From Octopus vulgaris (taxonomy: Eukaryota): a stretch of DNA of 64,000 nucleotides. Position 1 is the first letter of the stretch. Each line of letters starts with the position of its first letter. Made by a program: the position numbers and the translations under genes. A model generated the notes under the pieces. The model saw only the letters and a list, made by a program, of their open reading frames with translations. It did no database searches and was not told where the DNA came from. Where the stretch lies: positions 73,470,001 through 73,534,000 of the forward strand of contig OX597828.1 in NCBI GenBank assembly GCA_951406725.2, written 5' to 3'. Positions 1 to 13,191 of the stretch are shown here, one piece after another.

Positions 1-129
1 CTGCCGGAGCCTCGTGGAGCTTAAGGTGTTTTCGCTCAATAAACACTCAGAACGCCCGTTCTGGGAATCGAAACTGCGATCCCTACGACCGCGAGTCCGC
101 TGCTCTAATTACTGGGCTATTACGCCTCC
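1..129 (-). mobile_element. tRNA-derived SINE, 5' head (runs off window start)
   Basis: Reverse complement begins GGAGGCGTAATAGCCCAGTAATTAGAGCAGCGGACTCGCGG...GTTTCGATTCC (A/B-box-like). Same family as 17473-17754. Confidence 0.75.
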
Positions 130-140
130 ACTTTTTTTTG

Positions 141-175
<35 letters not shown>

Positions 176-178
<3 letters not shown>

Positions 179-948
179 CAAACAATTTAGATTCAAATGA
201 ATATGGTACTTAATTTAGATGCACCAGAATTTTTTATGGTATTACCCATAAAAATATGCGGGGTGATTATAATAAAAAAAAGCAACAAGAATGGATCCGG
301 TAATTTAGTACAATTGTTTCATACTATAACATTTTAACCTTGATTTCCTTAATGTATTTTTCTCTGCTATTAACTTAAAACCCTTTTACAGCTTTCCTTA
401 TATCTCCCTTCCCTGGATTCCTACTAAAAATTCTGATGGCTTTCATTTGAAAGTAAGGTAAGCTTCACAGTTTCTTAAGAATTTAGTGTTCCTCCCACAG
501 TGACCTAAATCTCCTGTCACCACAGAAATAGATTGACCCTTTGTTCTAGTGTCAATCTGTTTTGTCTTTTACATCTTCTAAATATTTTTCCCCTTCTTTT
601 CTTCAACTAACTTGATTCCTTAACCTGCCCTCACCACCATTCTTATAACTAAGGAAATTTTTCGTACAACAGTTAGTTGTGAACTTAATTTTGGTCTGTT
701 TGGCATCCTAACAATACTACCTCATGTTCCTGAAATTCATATCTACATCTTTATCTGTATATTTACCTTCCCTAAGATGTTACTAATTGATTTGAGAACT
801 TTATATTATCGGAAAACCTATATGAAATTAGCTGAAGGTTACTTGACATATCATATCTGCTGTAATATTTACAGCTTTTCATAAAATGTTATAGTATGAA
901 ACAATTGTACTAAATTACCGGATCCATTCTTGTTGCTTATTTTTGAGT
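176..948. mobile_element. Penelope-like non-coding insert in (TA)n with partial inverted repeat
   Basis: 281-334 is the reverse complement of 884-938. (TA)n on both sides. Hammerhead-like motif at 828-913. Confidence 0.55.
828..913 (+). ncRNA. type I hammerhead-like motif with long stem II (A9>G, possibly decayed)
   Basis: TTAG-CTGAAGG-[TACTTGACAT...GCTGTAA tat TTACAGC...ATGTTATAGTA]-GAAA-CAATTG-TA-CTAA. Stem I TTAG/CTAA, palindromic stem III ACAATTGT, GUA cleavage triplet. Confidence 0.6.
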
Positions 949-969
949 ATATATATATCTATCTATCTA

Positions 970-1001
<32 letters not shown>

Positions 1002-1192
1002 AAAATTTTTATAATTATGAGTATAATTATAATTAGGTTTTAGCAGCAATTTGCTTCGCCACATACCGAAATTTAGAAATACCAGTTAAAACTAACTATT
1101 TCACTACCATAATAAAATCTCCCAGACAGCAGTACCCAACAACTCACGCTGGTAAAGATAAAAAAATAACGAATCCACCCGGCTTTGATTAA

Positions 1193-1274
1193 CTGTATAC
1201 CCGTTTCAGAGTTAGATAGATGTGAAAAGTGTAAAATTCAAATTTCCACTCTATCATTCTCCTCTTCAGTACAG
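1193..1274 (-). ncRNA. type I hammerhead ribozyme motif with extended stem II
   Basis: Minus strand CTGTA-CTGAAGA-[GGAG aat GATAGA GTGGAAA...TTTTCAC a TCTATC taa CTCT]-GAAA-CGGG-TA-TACAG. Intact core and 5-bp stem I. Confidence 0.75.
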
Positions 1275-1365
1275 CAATTCAAGATTTTAATTTTGAGAGC
1301 ACTGCCAAAAATTAAACATACGTATCTGACCAGGCGTCAGCAGACAACACACACATATATATCTA

Positions 1366-1504
<139 letters not shown>

Positions 1505-1522
1505 ATATATATATATATATAT

Positions 1523-1555
<33 letters not shown>

Positions 1556-1579
1556 TATATATATGTGTGTGTGTGTATG

Positions 1580-1615
<36 letters not shown>

Positions 1616-2536
1616 TTTATGCATGTAGGTATATAATTATGACTCATTTGAATTAGAATTTAAATTGGGGCACCTTTTTAGGTCAGTATGATCCCTACAC
1701 CTAAACAATATTGAATATTGAATATCAAGAGATTCCGTGAAGGGGGTGTTTGTACTAAATATTGCTGCAGTGTGTGCAGGCAACGCAATGCAGGTGAGTG
1801 AAGATATTCGCTCTCGGTAATGAATATTTTATAAAGGTACATTCTATATTATTTCCGAAGTAAAAATTCCAAATTAGATGAACAGAATATAAATGAGTAA
1901 CAATAATGTACAGGTGTCACTTCCTAACACCTGTTTCAAACGGCTCCTTTATTTGGATAAAGAAAACATTACATCAATTAGAAATACTTCAAACATTAAG
2001 GAGAAACCATAAACCATTTTTTTTTTAACATACCTACATCAATAATGGAACTCAAAATATTTACATTTTTTCGTTCGTTATATGTGTGGCAGAATGAGTT
2101 TAAAAAGATAATGCATACCACGTGAAACTTAATATAATTTAGAGCGCAGCAGCGGAAATATTGGTGGGGGTCAGATATAACAAACGAAACCAGGTAAATA
2201 TTTAGTTCCATTATTGATGTAAATATGCTTAAAAAATGGTTTATCCTTTCTGTTTGAAACACATGCATGTAGTTCCACATATATGCAACCATGTACAAAT
2301 ATATGTGTGTGTGCGCGATATATATATATATATATATATATGGTTGCATATATATGGGTGTACGTGCAGGTGTTTCACGTGTGAGTGAGTGAGCATATGC
2401 ATAGACAACATGTGAGTACTTTTAGACGTTATTTAGAATATAACTGTGCGCGTATGGGCATGTGTACGTGTGTGTGGGGGGGCGCGCACATGTGTGTGGA
2501 TATGTATACGTGTACATGCATGGTTGCATATATATA

Positions 2537-2757
2537 TTTCTTTACTACCCACAAGGGGCTAAACACAGAGAGGAAAAACAAACGGATTAAGTCGATTATA
2601 TCGACCCCAGTGCGTAACTGGTACTTATTTAATCGACCCCGAAAGGATGAAAGGTAAAGTCGACCTCGGCGGAATTTGAACTCACAACGTAGCGGCAGAC
2701 GAAATACGGCTACGCATTTCGCCCAGCGTGCTAACGTCTCTGCCAGCTCGCCGCCTT
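2537..2757 (-). mobile_element. tRNA-derived SINE (family 1; central TCATCCTTTCGGGGTCGAT...AAGTACCAG, Meta-domain-like)
   Basis: Head AGGCGGCGAGCTGGCAGA...GAGTTCAAATTCC, tail GCCCCTTGTGGGTAGTAAAGAAAT. ~16-bp TSD ATGGTTGCATATATAT at 2520-2535 and 2761-2776. Confidence 0.85.
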
Positions 2758-3005
2758 AATATGGTTGCATATATATGTGCATCTGTTGGCGTATGTGTGG
2801 GTGCGCATGAATGTGTTTCATGCGAGTGTGAGTGAGCATATGCATATAGGCACATGTATGTGGGTGTGCGTGCGCACATGTGTACGTATGTACATGCGCG
2901 CATACGCGATTGCTATGAGCATTTTTACTCCTTTACTTTTTATTTCCTCCCCTTCCGTTTTCCTCTTATTTAATGGTCATTTTCATAGCATTTTTCGATT
3001 GCCTC

Positions 3006-3066
3006 GATAACTGACGAGATGCCGGAGTAGGTTTCTTTCCCGACATCTGAAACTCAGAGTATTATT
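3006..3066 (+). ncRNA. type I hammerhead-like motif
   Basis: GATAA-CTGACGA-[GATG ccgga...cccga CATC t]-GAAA-CTCAGAG-TA-TTATT. Homologous to 16343-16403. Confidence 0.6.
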
Positions 3067-3117
3067 ATGTATGGCAACCGAATAATTGTCACATATTATA
3101 TTACAGATATCTATCTA

Positions 3118-3247
<130 letters not shown>

Positions 3248-3256
3248 CACACACAT

Positions 3257-3440
3257 ACGAAGAGCTCCTGAAAAGTTCCTTCCTTTAAGAGTATTGCGAA
3301 ATGCCTTCTTGGAGACCCAACCTTCCGAGTTCTTTTACAGGAAGCACCACTGCAATAAGTGTGTGAATCTGATAGGGAAATATGTTGAATAAAATCATGA
3401 TTAACTAATTCATCTGTAGTTTCTTTTCAGCACCCCCTGA
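3257..3440. mobile_element. mariner-type MITE (degenerate)
   Basis: Ends ta-CGAAGAGCTCCTGAAAAG and CTTTTCAGCACCCCCTGA-ta form an imperfect TIR pair. Confidence 0.45.
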
Positions 3441-3716
3441 TATATATACATATATATATATATATGTATATATTTGAATAAAAAAGGGTAAAAATACCGC
3501 TTGACAAAGATGAAAGAGAAAGCTTTAGAAACCACCAATTCTACGTTAAATACAAACTCGAGTAACGCAATGAACCTTTCAAAAAATAGACCTACATTCA
3601 CGATGGAATTTAAAGATAGTTTACCGCCCCCCCAAAAAAAATTTTGATATTGAGGTATGTAAACTACTTTTAAATTCCATCTTGAAGGTAGGCCTATATA
3701 CATATATATATATATG

Positions 3717-3785
<69 letters not shown>

Positions 3786-3809
3786 ATGTATACACACACA
3801 CACACACAC

Positions 3810-3855
<46 letters not shown>

Positions 3856-4143
3856 ATTAAGTGAATATGTCCATGTATATACATATATAAAATAAGGATA
3901 TAATCAAAAGATGATTCTCAGTGGCCTAGCGCATAACAGTGAAATTATAGGTAAAATTTATTATTTTTGAAACATATAATTATAAAATACAACTATAATT
4001 AAGTTCTACTGTATATGACCAGCGGCCCGCGCTAGACGTAGATATCAAATACCTACAAGCCATTCTAAGATTTGTTTTCTATATTCAATCAAAAGTCGAA
4101 TGCAAGGGAATGAGGGAAAACCTATACAAAAGTTTTGGATAAC

Positions 4144-4183
4144 TCTATACCTCGACATTTCACGCTCTCAGTTCATCAGTAGA
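4144..4183 (-). ncRNA. minimal type I hammerhead-like motif
   Basis: Minus strand TCTA-CTGATGA-[AC tgagagc GT]-GAAA-TGTCGAGG-TA-TAGA, within a (TA)n-flanked insert at ~3860-4400. Confidence 0.55.
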
Positions 4184-4423
4184 TGTATATAAGCAAGAAA
4201 TATATAAGCAAGAAATACGTGTAACCACCGATAAATACATTCATAGATACCAATAAATAAGCGTATTTCACGCGTATACATTCCCTTTTCCAGCTCATCC
4301 TGGCCATGCGCTTCATTTCAGAAATAGTACGGGGTAAAGAGACAGGGTAAAAAACATTATTTAATTTTACCTATTCGTATATAATTATATAATAATATAA
4401 TTATATTTCAAAATTATATATAT

Positions 4424-4495
<72 letters not shown>

Positions 4496-4597
4496 ATATA
4501 TGAATTTTTTGCGTAATGAGATAAAAAAACAAGTGTGTATAGATACTAGAGCATTTATTGATAGAATATTAATTAGTAATAATATCCCTTCATCGGC

Positions 4598-5120
4598 AAG
4601 GGCCCGGAAACAGGGGGTGCAGTGGGTGCACCTGCATCCCTTGGAATTTTCAATTGGTGCAAGGTCAAAATTTGCACCCCCTACATAATTTTACCAGTTT
4701 CAGAAAATAGTGTCTAAAAAATTGTCTGTATAAGATGCTTCAAGCTAGATTTCGTTTCAAAGCAAAAACAAAGAACAAAAATATATAAATAAAAGTGATG
4801 AAGCTGGGCTTAATTTATGACTAACCAACTTCTGAAACAAAGTAGTGTCAAAATATAAAGTATGTGACAACAACAACAGTAGCAGCAAACAACATGACCA
4901 GCATCTAAGGCTACTCTTTAATGCATAACATTACTTGGATTCTTGAAGACAGCTCTATTCTGACAAAAATAACTCCAAAAGTTTGCAATGCTGACAATGT
5001 GTGAAGGTTCTTGTCCTCTCTCAGTCTGTCACCTATCTTTGTAGTTGATGTTGCTAAAGACTGACGACATGGTTGAATGGATTCGACTGTTTGACCTCAG
5101 CTTAAAAATAAAAGCCCTGT
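4598..5120. mobile_element. probable hAT-like DNA transposon remnant
   Basis: GC-rich end AGGGCCCGGAAACAGGGGGTGCAGTGGGTGCACCTGCATCCC resembles hAT termini. The minus strand near 5060-5105 reads ...RIHSTMS, weakly like the hAT dimerisation domain. Confidence 0.35.
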
Positions 5121-5519
5121 AATAATTCTTTCAGTCATATCGGTTTGCTCATGTGGGTTCTGACGCGGTTAACCACGAAGATCACTTCAGAGGTGCTTTT
5201 TTCGCTCATAAGCCTAAGCCTAGCTGAGGCCAGCACACATGCTAATTTGCTTTTAACAGGGGTCTTTAATTTTACTAAACTTAGCTGGTCCGAGGATTAT
5301 ATCCAGCCCGGAACGAAGCAACTGAAGTGGAGGGTTATGAACCCTTTCCTCGATACAACAGAAGGCTTTCCCATACAACAAAGCATTACCCGTCCAATTA
5401 GGGGAAAATAACATACTCGACTTTGTATTTATTCACAATGTTCATGTCATTCCCACAACTATTTCCAACCAAAGCATTATACAATAAACTGTATATGGTA
5501 GAAAGAAATATCCGACTCG

Positions 5520-5831
5520 CAGCATGGATTTCTACCCCGCAGATCTTGCCTAACAAATCTTCTCCTTCTTGAAGAATAGATTACAAGGACGATGGATGAA
5601 AAAGACTTGGCGGGCGTGGTATTTTTGGATTTCGCAAAGGCGTTTGACTCCGTTAATCAGTGACTTCTCTTGCGCAAAATTCCAACTTTCAAGATTCATC
5701 CATTGGTGACTTCGTGGATTTCTTCCTTCCTGAGCTATCGAACCTTTTGGGTGCACATAAATGGAGATCTCTCCGCGGAGACGAATGCATGCAACGGCGT
5801 TCCCCAAGGGTCGGTGCTGGGGCCAATTCTT
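5520..5831 (+). mobile_element. CR1/L2-group LINE reverse transcriptase fragment (frameshifted)
   Basis: Translates to QHGFLPRRSCLTNLL, FLDFAKAFDSVN and NGVPQGSVLGPIL. Confidence 0.8.
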
Positions 5832-5999
5832 CGAAAACTTCCTGGAAAGTTGGGAGGATTTCATGGAAGGTTCCGGGAATTTCCTACTTTCTGGGAATTT
5901 GGTCGAAAACTTCCTGGAAAGTTCCGAGGATTTACTAACTTCCTAGGAATTTGGTCGAAAACTTCCTTGAAAGTTCCGAGGATTTTCTAACTTCCTGGA
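5832..5999. repeat. ~52-bp minisatellite, ~3 copies
   Basis: GGAATTTGGTCGAAAACTTCCTGGAAAGTTCCGAGGATTT(A/T)CTAACTTCCT repeated, with internal dyad AACTTCCTGGAAAGTT. Confidence 0.85.
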
Positions 6000-6470
6000 T
6001 GTGGTTTGAAAGTAGGAGTTGGGATAGAGTGAGAAAGGTATTATAGCATAAATGATAGAGAAATGTGGGTGTTAAGAGGTAGAAGTACTAAGTGTAGTAG
6101 TAACTTTTAATTGTGAGGCAAATATATGAAGAATTAAGAATCAAGGAAATAGCAGTGTTAATTATTCTGAGAAAATATTTATGTGAAGATGTATATACAA
6201 TTTTATCAGATAAGTTATAGAGATAAGTTACAAATACAAACCTCATGTATCATCGTTCCTACATGTGCAGTTATCTAAATATTCCATGTGTACAAATGTT
6301 TACATATATCCACATGTATGCATACATGCATACCCTCACTCGTACGTATAAACGTGCGTATGGGTGTGTACGTGTATATATGTAAACGAATATAATCAGA
6401 TGGTTGCATATGTGAGAAACTAGATAAGGGTTATAAGTTAGAGTGTAAATTCATTGGTTAATGGGATTGC

Positions 6471-7020
6471 CTAAAAATTAATGCAGAAATGCATCGCATG
6501 GTCATTTTGGCATTTGGATTTGTGATAGAATTTAAATGTGTGATAAAAGTGGTGGTTGCATGTGCTTAATGCCTCGTTATGTTTATGAAGCAGTGTTGGA
6601 GAGTTGTGTTTTAATATTTGGAGTGCCTCCTTCAGGAAAAGCTTGCAGATTGAGCGCTGACCTCGGTAGGGAAGTCCTGAGTCTATTATAGACCATGATC
6701 GAGTATAGGGTATATTTGCATTTTTGAGATAATATATGTGGTAGGCGAGTATTGTAGATTTACTATGTTTATCGTATCTAAGAGTGGAGATGAGTGGCAT
6801 ATCGTTGCTTAAAGTTTTTTATTGATCCTATGTATATGGCTGTAGAGTTGTGCAATTGGTTAAGTACCGTGCATTTGTAGATTACATTATACCTTCTGCA
6901 ATGGGTTTGTAGCGGGCAGGATGTTCCAGGACGGCAATTACAATTAGGTGAATTTTGAGGATCATGTTCGGTAAATAAGGGCGTCGGATCATCAGAAGAG
7001 AGGTTATAGGAGGGGGTGAA
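6471..7020 (-). mobile_element. Penelope-like element GIY-YIG endonuclease (Neptune-type Cys linker), frameshifted
   Basis: CNCRPGTSCPLQTHC...NVIYKC...IYIGS...FKQRYATH, frameshift, then KSTILAYHI...WSII...CKLFLKEAL...CNH. Confidence 0.85.
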
Positions 7021-7028
7021 AATCTCTA

Positions 7029-7100
<72 letters not shown>

Positions 7101-7195
7101 TAGTATCATTATTAACGTTATCATTACTATTACCACCATTACTACTATTGTTATTGTTACTTCTGCTATTTGTCAGGAGATATATATATATATAC

Positions 7196-7375
7196 ATAAA
7201 GTTCAGATCTATGGAAAAATAATAAAAACAAAGAGAGGTGTAGGATCAACAAGCAAGTGTAATAGTTTGACGCTCGGGAAAAATGGAAGAGTCTTTTATG
7301 TTTCGAGCCTATGCTCTTCGAGAGGAAAGAACGAGGGAGAGACTGAATAAAAAATGTGTTGTGTTCAGTGGTCCA
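7196..7375 (-). mobile_element. short (TA)n-flanked element with decayed U6 hammerhead-like motif (7292-7330)
   Basis: Homologous to 30191-30377. Minus strand TCTTT-c-CTCTCGA-A-GAGC atag GCTC-GAAA-CA-TA-AAAGA. Confidence 0.6.
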
Positions 7376-7394
7376 TATACATACATACACACAT

Positions 7395-7438
<44 letters not shown>

Positions 7439-7649
7439 CAATAATAAATCTCTAAGCGAGGTATAAACAGTAACTGCTCTGTAATATAAGCGGGACCAGC
7501 CATCTGAATGTGGCTAGGGACAGGGCGGGGTGGTGGGGGTGTTACTGATGCATTTAGCCCCAGGCGACTATAGACGTCACCAGGAGAGCCGACACCATCA
7601 CGGTGTCCTTGCCAAAAGGGAATCAGCCTCCCCGAAGATACGAATGCTA

Positions 7650-7687
7650 CACACGGACCGGTTTCGAGTGCCTCTCGTCAGCGCATG
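7650..7687 (-). ncRNA. minimal type I hammerhead ribozyme
   Basis: CATGCG-CTGACGA-GAG gca CTC-GAAA-CCGG-TC-CGTGTG. Canonical core, palindromic stem III ACCGGT, GUC triplet, 6-bp stem I with G-U pairs. Confidence 0.88.
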
Positions 7688-7917
7688 GCAAACACCGTTC
7701 TTCGTTGAGGGACTTCCTCTACAGGCTAGAAATATAGATTTTCACTGTAAACACAGTCACTGGCGTCGAAAATCTGTTCGATAACAATAATAAATCTCTA
7801 AGCGAGAGATTTATTATTGTTATCGAACAGATTTTCGACGCCAGTGACTGTGTTTACAGTGAAAATCTATATATTTCTAGCCTGTAGAGGAAGTCCCTCA
7901 ACGAAGAACGGTGTTTG

Positions 7918-7956
7918 CATGCGCTGACGAGAAATACCTCGAAACCGGTCCGTGTG
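7918..7956 (+). ncRNA. minimal type I hammerhead ribozyme (second arm)
   Basis: CATGCG-CTGACGA-GA aatacc TC-GAAA-CCGG-TC-CGTGTG. Confidence 0.82.
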
Positions 7957-8207
7957 TAGCATTCGTATCTTCGGGGAGGCTGATCTCCCTTTGCAGGCTA
8001 GCAAGGACACCGTGATGGTGTCGGCTCTCCTGGTGACGTCTATAGTCGCCTGGGGCTAAATGCATCAGTAACACCCCCACCACCCTGCCCTCCCTAGCCA
8101 CATTCAGATGGCTGGTCCCGCTTATATATATATATATATATATATATATCTAAGTATGTATGTATGTATGTATGTATGTATGTATGTGTGTATGTATATG
8201 GACCACT

Positions 8208-8238
<31 letters not shown>

Positions 8239-9012
8239 GCATACATAGACACATACATACATACATACATACATACATACATACATACATAACATAACAT
8301 ACACACATACATACATATAGAATAGGACAAGGAGAAAGGAAGCGAGTTCGATTAAAAGACAAAGAGAAAGATAATTCCCTTCTGTGCCTGTCCACTGTCA
8401 CTTCATAGTCCAATATGATGACACTGAAAGGGCGAAATTTATTCCAAACAATGACATTTAATGATCGTCCACTGGGCATTTTTAATTGTTAAAATCAGTG
8501 AAAACTGACTATGAAACAACGATTAACGAAGTAGTAACTGGTGAGTGTGGCCTCTGGGCAACTTAGAATCTCCACGTAAATGGTTACTCCGCTCGTTTAT
8601 TATTAGCTGTCATCTTACTCCTCCATTTTAAATGACATTCTCTAATTACGAACATTACAAGAAAATATACTGGCTGCACTTCATCTACAGGTTCCATTTT
8701 TTTTACCATTTTCTTTCTCATTTTCTCTTTCCTTCTTTCTCTCTTTTTAATTTCTCTTTATTTCATTCATTCTTTCTTTCTTTCTTTCTTCTATGCTTTG
8801 CAGTTCTTTCTTCTTCTGTTGTTTCTTCGTCCCCATTTATGACGTAATTGTTTTCAATATCATTCGTTGGTTTCTTTCTATATTTCTTACTAAATAATAC
8901 ACCCTTCTTATATTTTACATAAATACATACATACATGCTAATATGCACATCCTTACATATAGGTATAAAATACTATGTGTCTGTTTGTGCGAGATTGTGA
9001 ATGTGCATCTGT

Positions 9013-9045
<33 letters not shown>

Positions 9046-9108
9046 ATGTGTGTGTGTATACAGATGTATGTATGTATGTATGTATGTATGTATGTATGTA
9101 TGTATGTA

Positions 9109-9396
9109 TGAGTGACAACCTGGCCACTGCTGGTGGTGTAACACACCATAGTAATCATATCTGTCGGGCATGTGGAAGAGAGTGTAATTCGGCAGGAGGA
9201 CTTAAACGACATGCAAAGGTACATGAAGCCCAGTTACAACTACAGCCGGCTATCACCAGTAAAGGTTTTAGTTGCCAATTCTGTACAAGACATTGTAGAT
9301 CTTTAGCTGGGCTAAAAAGTCACATTCGATCACAGCACCAGTAACAGTTAAGCTTCGTGCAATGGCCATACTCGATAACGCGGGGGCAACCATAAT
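9109..9396 (+). mobile_element. 5'-truncated RTE-clade LINE 3' end with two C2H2-like zinc fingers, in (ATGT)n
   Basis: CRACGRECNSAGGLKRHAKVH and CQFCTRHCRSLAGLKSHIRSQH*, then a short 3' UTR and (ATGT)n. CxxCxRxCxSxxGLxSH is typical of RTE C-termini. Confidence 0.7.
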
Positions 9397-9618
9397 GTAT
9401 GTATGTACGTATGTATGTATGTATGTATTTATGTATGTATGTATGTATATATGTATGTATGTAATATACATTGTTTTTATTCATAACTGGCAGGCAAATT
9501 ACAGAGTGACTCAAGGACCCCGAATTTCGTACTTATCAAACTAGTTTAAAATGGATGAGTCATATACATATGTAGTGTCGATAAAGTTATTTGCTCCCAT
9601 TGTTTTGGAATATATTTT

Positions 9619-9797
<179 letters not shown>

Positions 9798-10828
9798 CAA
9801 AATAAGCAACAGAATATCAAGAAGTGATATCATTATATCAATTTTAATGCAGAGATATCCTCAGCTACACGAATAATTAAATTTTAATCAGTTGGACACA
9901 CTAATATAATTTTTCTCAAATACTTTAACAGAGCACGAAGATTGAAGAAATATATTTATGTATTTATATATTAATGTATGTGTATGCATATATTTAAGTA
10001 TGTATATGTATATAAGTGTTATATATATACATATACATATATATATGTAGGTATGTATATATACGTATTCCTACGCATATATTATATATTAATTATATTA
10101 CCTGTATGACACGACTACCGGATGCTGTTATATATTAGCTGGTGACCATGTGCCTCTTGTTCTTCTTTGATAACACCATTCTTATCCATATCGCTTCAAA
10201 TCGTCAACCCATCGCTGTGCAAGTTTTTGGAATGACTTTTTCCGATTTTTAACCACCTCTCGACAACCCTGGTATACTTTATCCCGAGCAACATTGGTAC
10301 TAAAATTCGAAAACAAATGCTCTTACTTCTAAAACCAACATCATAACAGCACAGCTAAACCGAGTCATAGTACCTGCTATAATAAGGAAATTCTTCAATC
10401 TATTCCCGATTTTTCGCAAGTAAGCGAAACAGATTTACCAAACGAAAAATTGCAGTGTTGTGTTTACCTTCGGCTGTAAGCTGTGCCTACGTGTGGCCCT
10501 TTACTAATCTTATGATTATGGCCAATACCTGACACGTACAGGAATCCTAAATCAATTTGACTTTCCATTTCGAATAATTCTCGTTCCTCTTTTTTTTCAC
10601 CAAAATTCTGGTTTCAATGTTCTATTTTATTTTATTTATTTAAAACTCCATTTTGTTTCATATTTGGTAAAATGATTTTCCCATTATTATTTCCTTTTTT
10701 CATGGATGCAAAATAAACCTGGTAGCAATGGTATGGTTTGTGGTGTACGTGTTGTTGTGTGTGTGTGGGAGGGTGCGCATGTGTGTACGCGTGTGTGTGT
10801 GTATGTATAAATATATATATGAAAAACA

Positions 10829-10871
<43 letters not shown>

Positions 10872-11180
10872 ACATACACATGCATGCAGTTACATATATT
10901 TCACACACACACACACACACACAAACACACACTCACGGGCATATCACACACATGGACGCAGAAATCGTTTGCGTGTGGTCGCGTTTTCAATGGTCCCGCT
11001 TCCGTGTGTCTGTTTATTTGTGTGTACGCATGTGTGTGTATGTGCGTATATATGTATGTCCGTGTATGTGTGTGTGTGTTAGTACTGATATAGATATATG
11101 AATGCGTGTATATACGCTATAAACGCATACCGATACAGATATGCATATGCTTAAGCATATATATATATATACATACATAC

Positions 11181-11231
<51 letters not shown>

Positions 11232-11337
11232 TATGTATGTATGTATGTATCATATACTATATATGATTATTTACGTGAATATATATATGCATATATGCAG
11301 ACATATATATGTGGATGTCTGTGTGCGTATAGACATG

Positions 11338-11422
<85 letters not shown>

Positions 11423-11780
11423 GCATATATATATATATATGTTTATATATATAGCCACACACAAGAACATGAATACATATGATTGAAATTTATTTATTCG
11501 AACAATGACTAGAATATACTAATCTAACGCTAAATTGACGCACAGATGTACATGGGGGAGGGTGGCAGGTTATTGGGTGTGTATGAATGTGGTGGTTAAT
11601 GTGTGTGTTTGTTTGTGCCCCTGTGTTTCATTCGATGCGTTGTTGTCTCGTAATGATATATACACACACAACATTATATATACATATATATATACATATA
11701 TAGATGGATAGAGAGATAGATAGATAGATAGGTAGATAGATATAGATATATATATATGTATATGTGTATATGCATATGTA

Positions 11781-11828
<48 letters not shown>

Positions 11829-11836
11829 CATACATG

Positions 11837-11867
<31 letters not shown>

Positions 11868-12121
11868 GGGGTGAGAGAGATATGCAGAAAGTGTGAGAGA
11901 GAGAGAGATACATAGACAGTCTGAAAGACAAACAGGCAGATAGATAGCATGATAGCATGATAGATAGATAGATAGAAAGGTGAAGAAAGAAAGAGACAAA
12001 AAGAAACATGAAGAGAGAGATGGATGGATTGTGAGAAAGACTTATATATGCATTGGTGAAACCTTATACAGATAAATATGTATTATATACACACGCTTGT
12101 AGGAACTATGGAATAAACAAA

Positions 12122-12161
<40 letters not shown>

Positions 12162-12253
12162 TCTGTGAGCGCAGTCTTTGTGCCTGCGTCTGTGTGGCTG
12201 TGTTCGTGCGTGCGTGCATGTGTGTGTGTATGTATAACAGTGTCTATATATAT

Positions 12254-12317
<64 letters not shown>

Positions 12318-12490
12318 ATACACATTGTAGACATGTGAGTGTTTATGTGTGTATATGTAAGTATACAATATTTATAAGTGTTTCTGTATATCCGTGATTT
12401 TGTATGTCTGTGGTTATTTTTATGTGTATATTTACATTCACAAGTCGAAAATCATGAGAGTTTGTGCAATCGTAAACATATTTCTGTTTC

Positions 12491-13048
<558 letters not shown>

Positions 13049-13137
13049 ATCACATTTTTATTCGCATGCATTTTCATTACATACGTGCAAACTTAAACTC
13101 ACCGATACGTACGTGTATATATATACATACAAATGTA

Positions 13138-13191
<54 letters not shown>

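Larger units (their letters stand above)
7435..8126. mobile_element. Penelope/retrozyme-like element: 346-bp tandem monomer plus inverted copy (long hairpin)
   Basis: 26-bp direct repeat at 7435-7460 and 7781-7806. Arms 7484-7799 and 7805-8126 are near-identical reverse complements. (TA)n on both sides. One hammerhead in each arm. Confidence 0.85.

Noticed and set aside
2157-2202. Hammerhead-like half (ATATT...GAAA-CCAGG-TA-AATAT)
   Set aside because: Stems I and III are plausible, but the CUGANGA box is absent (GGTGGGG). At best a heavily decayed relic.
5832-5999. CRISPR-like array
   Set aside because: The units are contiguous with no unique spacers, there are no cas genes, and the context is eukaryotic.
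7530-8101. Duplicated 84-aa and 67-aa ORFs (VGVLLMHLAPGDY...)
   Set aside because: A by-product of the inverted repeat, with different frames downstream and no recognisable domain.
8943-9344. Host C2H2 zinc-finger gene
   Set aside because: The N-terminus is microsatellite. The finger pattern, short 3' UTR and repeat tail fit an RTE LINE 3' end, and there are no TGEKP linkers.
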